From assembly GCA_963830915.1 (NCBI GenBank), contig CAWHOE010000006.1, positions 32,001-96,000 of the forward strand: a stretch of 64,000 nt of DNA, given 5' to 3'. This DNA comes from a candidate division FCPU426 bacterium. Its GTDB lineage: Bacteria; Oederibacteriota; Muellerivitia; Muellerivitales; Muellerivitaceae. Every line of letters starts with the position of its first letter. Positions within the stretch are counted from its first letter, which is position 1. Under the pieces are notes generated by a model that searched no databases, was not told where the DNA came from, and saw nothing but the letters and a program-made list of their open reading frames with translations. Positions 53,891 through 62,413 of the stretch are shown piece after piece. The position numbers were made by a program, and so were the translations under genes.

Positions 53891-55801
53891 ATGGCTGAGC
53901 CTACCCCGGCCCCTTCCCTTCCGAATGACACCCGTTTCTTCCTGTTAAACAACCCATGGCTTTATCCCCTCCTGGCCTGTTTCGTCGTTCTGATACTTTT
54001 TTCCCTTCGGAAAATCACCTCTTACGACCTGGGATTCCATCTCAAGACAGGCCAATGGATCCTCCAGCACTTCGCCTATCCACAAAAGGACACTTATACT
54101 TACACCCAGACAGACCGGGACTATCTGGACTCTAACGGCCTGTTCCAGATCCTGTTATTCTTTCTCTTCAAGACCTTCGGTTACTCCGCCCTGACCCTAC
54201 TTAACACCTGCCTGATAGGCTTGGTCTTTTGGCTGTTACTGTCCCGTCTCAAGATGACCCAAACACCGTCTTGGGTCCTTCCGACGCTATTCTTGACGGC
54301 CATCCTGACGATGGAAAGACGGTTCCTGGTCCGGCCCGAGATATTCTCATGGCTTTATTTGAGCGGCACCCTGTGGATCCTGGAAAATCGTTTCCGACGC
54401 ATGCGCAACCTGCTCTTCTTACTGCCCCTCATCCAGTTCTTTTGGGTCAATACGGAAGGACTTTTTATGCTGGGCTGGGCGGTCATGGCGGCCTATTGGA
54501 TAAGCGGCCGGGTCCACGAGAAAAGATTCGATCCCCTGTTGAGCCGTTATTTCCTACTATCAGTGGCCGCGGACCTGCTCAACCCCTATGGGATCCGCGG
54601 CTTCCTTTTCCCCTTCCGGCTATTGACCCGCCTTCAGGGATCGAACCTCTTCAAACAAGTGATCGGTGAATTCCGTACACCCTGGCAGTCCTTGACCGCG
54701 AACCAGGCTTTCGATTCCGAGATCCATCTCTATCTCTTTTTCGTCCTCTCCCTATTAACGGTCTTTCTCATCGCCATGACGTTTCGACAAAGAAAATTTC
54801 ACGAATTCCTTTTATTAGCCGTTTTTTTGGCCTTGGCCTGCGCGGCCATCCGGAATATCCCCCTGTTCATCCTCATCGCCATTCCCATCCTGTCTGCGTG
54901 TCTAGCGGATTGGAAAACGATCCACGGCCCAGTCTGGCTATCCGGTCTCAAATTGGCGGTCTTCCTTTTTCTTCTTATCTGTCTTTTAGGGACGCGGGTC
55001 GCCACCAACGCTTACTACATTACCGACCGCAGGAATGAGCGGATCGGTTGGGGGGTGGATGACCAAACCCTTCCTGTCAAAGCCGCCCAATACCTGGTCC
55101 AGAACCACTTGGATGGAAAAATGCTGAACGACCTGAATACCGGTGGATGGCTGGATTGGCAGGCGCCCCAGCCGACTTTCATCGATGGACGTCTGGAAGT
55201 TCCGGATGATTCCTTTTACCGTCAAACCATGGAGACTTTCAAACCAGGCGGGCTCATCCCCCTGCTGGCTATCACCCAAGCCGAGCTGGTGGTGATGGAA
55301 TACAACACCGCCATGTCCTGGGCGGACCAGTTGAACCGAACAAACAACTGGCGGTTGATCTATTTGGACGAATGTACGGCCATCTATGCCCGCGAGGATT
55401 ACGCCCCTCAGATCCCCATACTCTCTTTGACCGGGCTCTTGAGAAGCCGCCAGATCGCAGATCAGGACGATGCAACGGTCGAGGCCCAATTGCGGGGTCT
55501 CCCCTTGTCCAGGTTCGATTCTTGGCTGAATGGCTTTTACCAATCCCAGACCTACCAGATGGGGGATTTCAGCATGGGACTTTTCGCCCTAAGGACGAAA
55601 AATTACCAGGCCGCGAGGGACCTGTTCATGGAAGGTTTACGGGGAACGACCGGTGTCTATGGGGAAGTTTTCTTCAATTTGGCGGTTGCCAACCTGCGGT
55701 TGCAAAATTTCAGTTTGGGAAAATTGTGCCTGGACGATACCTTAGCGATAGATCCGCAGAATTCCTCGGCATTACAGATGAAAAAAAGCTTGAACCTGTA
55801 A
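53891..55801 (+). CDS. Polytopic membrane protein, putative GT-C-fold glycosyltransferase-like, with C-terminal TPR-like segment
   Basis: About 10-12 hydrophobic segments; DLGFHLKTGQWI after the first, plus RPEIFS, WVN.EG.F, NPYG and FIDGR motifs. Function is inferred. Confidence 0.6.
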   Translation: MAEPTPAPSLPNDTRFFLLNNPWLYPLLACFVVLILFSLRKITSYDLGFHLKTGQWILQHFAYPQKDTYTYTQTDRDYLDSNGLFQILLFFLFKTFGYSALTLLNTCLIGLVFWLLLSRLKMTQTPSWVLPTLFLTAILTMERRFLVRPEIFSWLYLSGTLWILENRFRRMRNLLFLLPLIQFFWVNTEGLFMLGWAVMAAYWISGRVHEKRFDPLLSRYFLLSVAADLLNPYGIRGFLFPFRLLTRLQGSNLFKQVIGEFRTPWQSLTANQAFDSEIHLYLFFVLSLLTVFLIAMTFRQRKFHEFLLLAVFLALACAAIRNIPLFILIAIPILSACLADWKTIHGPVWLSGLKLAVFLFLLICLLGTRVATNAYYITDRRNERIGWGVDDQTLPVKAAQYLVQNHLDGKMLNDLNTGGWLDWQAPQPTFIDGRLEVPDDSFYRQTMETFKPGGLIPLLAITQAELVVMEYNTAMSWADQLNRTNNWRLIYLDECTAIYAREDYAPQIPILSLTGLLRSRQIADQDDATVEAQLRGLPLSRFDSWLNGFYQSQTYQMGDFSMGLFALRTKNYQAARDLFMEGLRGTTGVYGEVFFNLAVANLRLQNFSLGKLCLDDTLAIDPQNSSALQMKKSLNL

Positions 55802-55860
55802 AACGCGAAGACGAAATCGGGGCATCTTGTTGAACCCTTTTACCGAATCTTCAACCTCAA

Positions 55861-58548
55861 TTATTTCAACAAAATGACCTTCCTGAATTTACGATCGTAA
55901 GGTTCAGTCAGGCAGAAGATATAGACCCCATCCGCGCAAAGCTCTTGATGATTGTTCTTCCCATCCCAAGCCTGTGGCGACTCATCGATGACATTCTCAA
56001 CGATCTTTGTCTCAACAATGGTCCGGACCAATTCGCCCGCCGTGTTATAGACCTTCAAGGAATACTCCCCCGGGAATTGACAGTAATGGACATAAAAGGA
56101 GACCGATTCGCTGTTCGGGTTGAAGATGTTCTTGCTAACATTAAAAGTGTCGCAGTTTTCCCAAGGGGTCCAAGTGAAGGTCGGAGTGTAGGTAAAGGTA
56201 AATGTCGGCGTGTAGTTCGGGGTAAAGGTATGGGTAAAGGATGGGGTTGGGGTGAAAGTCGACGTCCAGGTCTTGGTGCTAGTGGCCGTATTCGTGAATG
56301 TTCTTGTGGATGTGCTGGTGGAACTGGCGGTGGCGGTATTGGTGTTCGTGGCTGTATTGGTCGGAGTGTGCGTGTTGGTCACCGTGAAGCTGTTGGTGGG
56401 GGTGAATGTGAATGTCGATGTGATCACGGGAGTGTTGGTTGCCGTAGAGGTCGAGGTCCTGGAATTGGTCGCGGTATAGGTCGGGGTGGTGGTATCGGTA
56501 TTGGTGTAGGTAGGTGAGTTGATATAGGTCTGGGTGTTGGTCGCGGTGAAACTGGGCGTGGCGCTATTGGTGGCCGTCTGGGTATCGGTGATCGTCACGG
56601 TATAAGTCGAAGTGGAAGAAGGGGTTTTCGTGAAGGAATTCGTGGGCGTGGGTGTGTTGTTGTAGGTCTGGGTATTGGTAGCGGTGAAACTGGGGGTGGC
56701 GCTGTTGGAAGGCGTGGTTGTATTGGTGAAGGTGGCGGTCACGGTGATCGTGTTGGTGTTGGTCGGGGTCTTGGTCAGGGTACTGGTGGCCGAATTGGTA
56801 GCGGTATTGGTGAAAGTGTTGGTGATGATCGGCGTATTCGTGTCGGTTGAGGTCGGGGTGGAAGTTAAAGTTTTGGTGGAAGTATTCGTCGGGGTATTGG
56901 TGAGGATGGGGGTATTGGTGGCGGTCGGTGTGACGGTCAGGGTATAGGTCGATGTCGGTGTAGAAGTGTAAGTTTTAGTGTTTGTATTGGTGGGAGAAGG
57001 TGTCGGACTGAATGTCAGGGTCAATGTGAACGTATTGGTTGGAGTCTTTGTATCGGTCGGCGTAAATGTATTGGTCGGGGTATTGATGGGGGTATAGGTA
57101 TCGGTCATGGTCGGCGTAGGAGTATCGGTCTTGGTGGCTGTGTTCGTCGCTGTAAAGGTCAGTGTATTGGTGTTGGTCGCGGTGTAAGTGTCAGTAGGAG
57201 TATTGGTCGTAGGCGGCGTGGGAGTGTTCGTTTTGGTGTTCGTTGGCGTGAATGTGAAAGTATTGGTCGGGGTAAAGGTGAAGGTAAAGGTCGGGGTGGG
57301 CGGGCAAAGGATGGAAACCGAGATGGAATTGGAAGTCGCGCTGTAGGTACCGTCGGTGATACTGGCGCTGTTGTTATAAATGGAACAGGCCTGGGTGCCC
57401 TGGATGTAATAATTCTCATTGGCCACCGTCACGGCATAACAGTAATTGGTGCTGGTCAGGACGTCCTTTCCTCTCATCCCTTTCATGAAAACGACCGTCA
57501 CACCTGTCGTCGCGCTCCAATCCACCACTACGCCATCCGAATCTGGCGGTGAGCCAATGCCTTTGTTGTGATTCAGGATGCCAGTGGGCTGGAACGCGCT
57601 ATTGGGGTAAAAGGACGCGTCGCCATCGAGGATAGTGACCGGGGTCAAATCCGGTCCGCCACTGTTACAAACGTTGAGAACGTAAGTGACTTCTTGGGGC
57701 CCACCCGTGGGAAAAGGTCCCGGTTGTCCACCCAGCCAGGATTTGTTAATGGCAAAGCTCGGCGGTCCGGGAGGTGTCACCGTGACCAAACTGACGTCCT
57801 GACGAAAATAAAGATCGTCGCAATCGGTGCTGGAGTTGGCGTTAGCGGCGTAGGACAGAACTGGAATGATGGCACCGGTCGCCGTATCGTACAATTGCTT
57901 GCTCCAGATAGCCCCACCGGTGAAATCCGCCGGCACTCCCTGGACCGGAGCGACCCAAGTTCCGCTAGGTACATAACCCTGGTCATACCAATTGGTGCCC
58001 GTTCCTGGAGGTTCTACTGAGGTCGTGCATGCGGGTGCCGCGCCAGGGTCCGTCTGTCTCCAAAGTTTGGTGTTAGTACCATCGCTCTGGATATAAGCGT
58101 GCTGCCCACTGTTACAGGTGATATCGATATCCCAACTGCCCCAGACCTCGTTTTGTTGGGCGTTCATAACCTCAGCGGCAACGGATACGTCGTTGTTGTT
58201 AGCGGTAATAGCGTTGAGAATTGTAGGATTAGTGACTGTTATGCAAACCGGACTACAAACACCCCAGGCGGTCCCTCCACAGGCGGAAGGGGTACATCCG
58301 GTATTGGCGCATAGCACGTGGGAAAATCGGAAATCATTCCCGGTCCCAACCATGGTCCCGTCGATATAGATGGTCTCATAATCATCCGCCACTCCGCACA
58401 CCTGAACGGATGTCGCGGTACATGCGGAAAAAGCTTTCTCAGGAAAAGAACATGCCAGGGCAAAGAGAATCATCAATGGGCTCAAAAACGACCGAAGATA
58501 TCTATTGTTGAGACTCTTCTTCATGATCTTCTTTATCCTCATCCTCAA
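55861..58548 (-). CDS. Exported Cys-rich beta-sandwich (lectin-like) protein with Thr stalk and FlgD-Ig-like sorting domain
   Basis: Signal peptide; ADDYETIYIDG motif; ends KNIFNP..VYNTAGE..WDGKN..GVY..RKVILLK*. Confidence 0.8.
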   Translation of the reverse strand: MRMRIKKIMKKSLNNRYLRSFLSPLMILFALACSFPEKAFSACTATSVQVCGVADDYETIYIDGTMVGTGNDFRFSHVLCANTGCTPSACGGTAWGVCSPVCITVTNPTILNAITANNNDVSVAAEVMNAQQNEVWGSWDIDITCNSGQHAYIQSDGTNTKLWRQTDPGAAPACTTSVEPPGTGTNWYDQGYVPSGTWVAPVQGVPADFTGGAIWSKQLYDTATGAIIPVLSYAANANSSTDCDDLYFRQDVSLVTVTPPGPPSFAINKSWLGGQPGPFPTGGPQEVTYVLNVCNSGGPDLTPVTILDGDASFYPNSAFQPTGILNHNKGIGSPPDSDGVVVDWSATTGVTVVFMKGMRGKDVLTSTNYCYAVTVANENYYIQGTQACSIYNNSASITDGTYSATSNSISVSILCPPTPTFTFTFTPTNTFTFTPTNTKTNTPTPPTTNTPTDTYTATNTNTLTFTATNTATKTDTPTPTMTDTYTPINTPTNTFTPTDTKTPTNTFTLTLTFSPTPSPTNTNTKTYTSTPTSTYTLTVTPTATNTPILTNTPTNTSTKTLTSTPTSTDTNTPIITNTFTNTATNSATSTLTKTPTNTNTITVTATFTNTTTPSNSATPSFTATNTQTYNNTPTPTNSFTKTPSSTSTYTVTITDTQTATNSATPSFTATNTQTYINSPTYTNTDTTTPTYTATNSRTSTSTATNTPVITSTFTFTPTNSFTVTNTHTPTNTATNTNTATASSTSTSTRTFTNTATSTKTWTSTFTPTPSFTHTFTPNYTPTFTFTYTPTFTWTPWENCDTFNVSKNIFNPNSESVSFYVHYCQFPGEYSLKVYNTAGELVRTIVETKIVENVIDESPQAWDGKNNHQELCADGVYIFCLTEPYDRKFRKVILLK

Positions 58549-58980
58549 AAGGGGGTTCTTTGAAAAATTGCGACAAATATCATCAAAAGCCTTGAACGAA
58601 AATCGTTTTTAGCTTTTTAGTAAAAGTTAGTAAAAAGTTCTTCGCCTATAGTTTACCTCGATTTATTCAATTGAAATAAAGGGATTGAATGAAAACCATA
58701 TAAAAGAGGTTAAAAGTTAACACAGCGGGATTCTCGTGAAACCGATACGTTAAACCTGAAAGTTGTCCAGAAATTCTTTTCTTAAAACGGGAAATATTAT
58801 TCTCATGCCTTAATTTTCATGAACCGCTTCTTTTGCTTTCATGTCGGCATCGATAACAAATTCGAACAAGGTCAGCGTTTTCTGTTTTGCGGATGGTTTG
58901 AAATTGATAACGAAAATGGAGTTATTGAAGAGTGGGGTGGTTTATGAGCAGGAAGGACTGATAGAAGAGACGTCGTAGGA

Positions 58981-59349
58981 TCAGCTCAGCTTTTTGGTTT
59001 TAGTATGTTTCCCGTTGGGCGCGTGATAATGGAGCACCTTTACATCCTGGACCGTCACCAGACAATGTTTCGGTAACATGGGTTCCACCACATTGACCGC
59101 TTTCAGGACTTGCTTGGCGGTATCGACCACTTCGATCATGATCGGCAATTCTTCCGTAAGCTCGATCAATCGGGCCGAATGGATACGGGAAGCGGACCCA
59201 AAACCCTCGATCCCTTTGAATACCGTTGCCCCCGCCAGACCCATCTTCAGGAATTTTTCAATGATGGCCCGATATAAAAGTTGGTTTTCCCATTTCAGGT
59301 CCTCATCCAAATAGATCCTCAGAACCTTGGTTTTCCCAATGATTTTCAT
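58981..59349 (-). CDS. DUF190-family (PII-like) protein
   Basis: LRIYLDE, GLAGATVFKGIEGFG and LPIMIEVVD; downstream of crcB, the usual context. Confidence 0.92.
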   Translation of the reverse strand: MKIIGKTKVLRIYLDEDLKWENQLLYRAIIEKFLKMGLAGATVFKGIEGFGSASRIHSARLIELTEELPIMIEVVDTAKQVLKAVNVVEPMLPKHCLVTVQDVKVLHYHAPNGKHTKTKKLS

Positions 59350-59361
59350 GGTTTCTCCTCC

Positions 59362-59736
59362 TTATATCACTTTCGCCAAGATCACACCCGCCCAGGTCGC
59401 GGCCAAACAGCCGAACAGGGTCAAACCGACATTGGCCAGGGCCAGTTTCATATTGCCTTCCTGGATGTAGCGGAAAGTTTCCCAACTGAACGTGGAATAG
59501 GTCGTGAAGGACGCGCACCAACCCACCGCGATCAGATAACGCAGGTTGGGGGTGAAGAAACCGCGGTCCAGATGCATGGCCAGGAAAAATCCCAGGACAA
59601 AGGAACCGATCAAATTGATGAACAAGGTACCGTAGACGAAATGAGTGCCCAATTTATCGGCCGTCCAAAGCCCCAGCCAATAGCGGCAAAAGGCTCCCAA
59701 GATGGCCCCGACCGCGATGACGATGTACTTATCCAT
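59362..59736 (-). CDS. crcB: Fluoride efflux channel FluC/CrcB
   Basis: GAILGAFCRY, GTLFINLIGSF and G..ASFTTYSTFSWE motifs; four hydrophobic helices. The ORF track starts at 59751. Confidence 0.95.
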   Translation of the reverse strand: MDKYIVIAVGAILGAFCRYWLGLWTADKLGTHFVYGTLFINLIGSFVLGFFLAMHLDRGFFTPNLRYLIAVGWCASFTTYSTFSWETFRYIQEGNMKLALANVGLTLFGCLAATWAGVILAKVI

Positions 59737-59910
59737 GTTTCCCTTACCCAAGCGCTCGATGAACGAACCAGAAGATTAAAACATAACCAAATGATTTTTC
59801 AAATCGATAATGTGCCAAGTAGTCGGTCAAGGATCCGGATAAAGACATGGAAATTAGGATGGAAAACAATAAAATACATCCAATCTTGCTCCTGTACCAA
59901 AAGGATACGC

Positions 59911-60608
59911 ATGCCTCACGTTACTTGTTTCCAACATATCGATTGTGAAGGCCCTGGTCTGATCGCGGACGTTCTCAAGTCCAAAGGCATCGGGTTACGG
60001 ATCATCAAGACCTATAAGGGTGAACCCATCCCTGAAAATTTGGGCGACGGCCTAGTAGTCCTGGGTGGGCCCATGGCCGTCTACGAGCGGGAAATACTGC
60101 CCTGGATGGTCGCCGAATTGGGGGCTATGCAAAAGTGTCTGGACCGCTCCATTCCCTGTTTGGGTATATGCCTAGGCGCCCAAATGTTGGCCCATGTGGG
60201 CGGAGGAAGGGTCTACAAGGGAGACCGCCAAGAGATCGGCTGGTATCCCATCAACCTTTCCGAGGATGGAAGATTGGATAATCTTCTTCAGGGTTTTCCG
60301 ATGGAAATGACCGCCTTCCACTGGCATGGGGATACTTTCACCCTTCCCGCCGACGCGGTCAGGCTGGCCGGCAGCGCTTACTACCCCAACCAGATCTTCC
60401 GGCTTGGTCAAAAGGCCTATGGTTTTCAATGTCACCTGGAAATAACAGAATCGATGATCAAGGATTGGATGGCGGCCTACGCGTCCGAATTGAAACCCAA
60501 CGGCGGGCCCATCCAGCTTGAGTGGTTGGAAAAGGACCTTCATCGCAACGCCCAAACCTTGGAAGGCCTGGCTGAAAAGGTTTCTCCCGCTTCGCGGCCT
60601 TGCTATAA
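59911..60608 (+). CDS. Type 1 glutamine amidotransferase (GMP-synthase-like GATase1); apparent frameshift near 60582
   Basis: QH..CEGPG, VLGGPM, LGICLGAQ, HWHGDTF and GFQCHLE. Adding one base gives KVFSRFAALL* at 60608; uncorrected it reads to 60699 into the convergent gene. Confidence 0.88.
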
Positions 60609-60661
60609 CCGATCCCCTTACCATCTGAAGATGGGGTTATCCGGTTTTTTCTTCCTGCTCG

Positions 60662-62413
60662 TTATCTTAATATCAGGGTTTTCACGATGTGTTGTTTGAC
60701 CATCCCTCGACAATGGGTCTCGATCACCGCGTAATAAAGTCCATTGGAGACCAGTTTTCGGTAATCATCCCTCAAGTCCCAAGGAAGTTCGACCTCGATC
60801 TCCCCATGACAGGCATGGACCTGTTTGCAGACCCGTCTGAAAGCGGTGGTATAGATGGAAATATCGATTTCGTCATAGGGTCCACCTCCCACATTGAAAA
60901 GGATCGGTTCTCCATGGGACGGGTTGGGATGAGGGCAAGGATGGCAAACCCTTTCCGGGGTGGATGTCGAGGTTTGAGTGGCCGTGCATGTGGGAGTAGA
61001 AGTCGCCGTTTGGGTGGGTGTCGGGGTAATAGTGGCCGTAGATGTCAGGGTATTGGTCACAGTCGCCGTATTCGTCTCCGTCACCGTGGCGGTCAAGGTG
61101 GGGGTGGCGGTAGGGGTCAACGTTGGGGTCGAAGTCATGGTGGCGGTTGTCGTTGGGGTAGGCGTGGATGTATTCGTCGGGGTCACCGAGAAGGTGCTCG
61201 TGGGTGAAGGCGTCCAATAACCATCCAGATTACAAATACAGTTGGCCGGATTCCCCGGGGTCACCGCGTCGAAACAGAATATCCTTCCGTCCCTACAGGC
61301 CACGAACAGGTTCCCATCCGCTTCCGCCCAATCCACAAAGGTGTATTCCACCCCATGGTGGTACTGCCATTCGATGGCACCCGTCTGACCATCCAACCCG
61401 TAATAATCCCCATGGCAAGCCGAAATATATACCTTCCCGCAAACAACGAAGGGGGTGTTGCGGGCGAAATTACCGGCCAACTTGGTGCACCATACCTTGG
61501 CGCCGGTATACATGTTCACGCCCCATATCCTCCAGGAATCCCCCGGCACGATCAGAACCGACCCACATATGGCCAGGTTGCCGTCAGTTGTACCTGTAAA
61601 AGCCGTGTTCCAAACCAGGCTTCCGTCTGTTCGGTTGCGGCATTCCAATTCCCCGCCGAACCCAAGGGAATAAACATAACTATCGGTCAACAATACTCCG
61701 TTCTGCTTCCACGAATTCTCGTGGATATGCCATAGACAGGTCCCATCGGAAGACTTCAGGCAGAAAAATTCTCCCGTGCGGGTCGTGAAATAAAGGGCGC
61801 CGTTATCGTACGCGGGGGTACAGACCCCGTCCCGAAAGGCGTATCCCAGATATGTGGAGAAATTGAACCTCCAGAGGACAGCGTGGGTATCCGGATCCAG
61901 ACAGGCCATACCCGCCCCACCATTGCCCACGAACAACTTGCCCTCGGCGTAAACAGGCGAACAGAACTGCCCCACACCCGCCGCGTCATTCTCGTAGAAA
62001 TACCAGAGCACCTGGCCGGTCAGAGTGGAAAGACAGATCGTGCTTCCATCCATGCGGCAAACATAGAGGACATTTCGATCCGGGTCATAGGTGGGCGTGT
62101 AATAAAGTTCCACATCCGGGCAGGGCCACACCCACAGGGGATTGCCGGTGGCGCGGTCCACGCAGCGGATCCCGTGCACGAAACATTGGATGACCCGATC
62201 CGCCAGGACGATGGGGCCCCCGGCCGGCACGGTCAGGTCATTGCAAGCCGCCGATACCCATTTCACTTGAAGCGGATTGGTGATCGAACTGGGGGAGAGA
62301 TTATGGTTTTCCCGCCTTAAATCTCCGCCGTTCATCGGATAGATCGTGGTTCCGGAGGCTTGGAAGGCCCAACCGACCAGGATGGCGCATAAAAGGGATC
62401 TTTTCATGGACAC
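60662..62413 (-). CDS. Exported PQQ-like beta-propeller protein with short Thr stalk and sorting domain
   Basis: Signal peptide; repeated D..TG..LW motifs; ends HPNP..IYTTAFRRV..WDLRD..NGLYY..KTLILR*. Confidence 0.85.
   Translation of the reverse strand: MSMKRSLLCAILVGWAFQASGTTIYPMNGGDLRRENHNLSPSSITNPLQVKWVSAACNDLTVPAGGPIVLADRVIQCFVHGIRCVDRATGNPLWVWPCPDVELYYTPTYDPDRNVLYVCRMDGSTICLSTLTGQVLWYFYENDAAGVGQFCSPVYAEGKLFVGNGGAGMACLDPDTHAVLWRFNFSTYLGYAFRDGVCTPAYDNGALYFTTRTGEFFCLKSSDGTCLWHIHENSWKQNGVLLTDSYVYSLGFGGELECRNRTDGSLVWNTAFTGTTDGNLAICGSVLIVPGDSWRIWGVNMYTGAKVWCTKLAGNFARNTPFVVCGKVYISACHGDYYGLDGQTGAIEWQYHHGVEYTFVDWAEADGNLFVACRDGRIFCFDAVTPGNPANCICNLDGYWTPSPTSTFSVTPTNTSTPTPTTTATMTSTPTLTPTATPTLTATVTETNTATVTNTLTSTATITPTPTQTATSTPTCTATQTSTSTPERVCHPCPHPNPSHGEPILFNVGGGPYDEIDISIYTTAFRRVCKQVHACHGEIEVELPWDLRDDYRKLVSNGLYYAVIETHCRGMVKQHIVKTLILR

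Noticed and set aside
59737..59910. Fluoride riboswitch upstream of crcB
   Set aside because: I could not find the GGxGATGGxGTTC..GCTxATGAC core by eye; an Rfam scan would settle it.
59281..59910. N-terminal extension of the 472-aa ORF
   Set aside because: Overlaps crcB antisense; GATase homology begins at ATG 59911.
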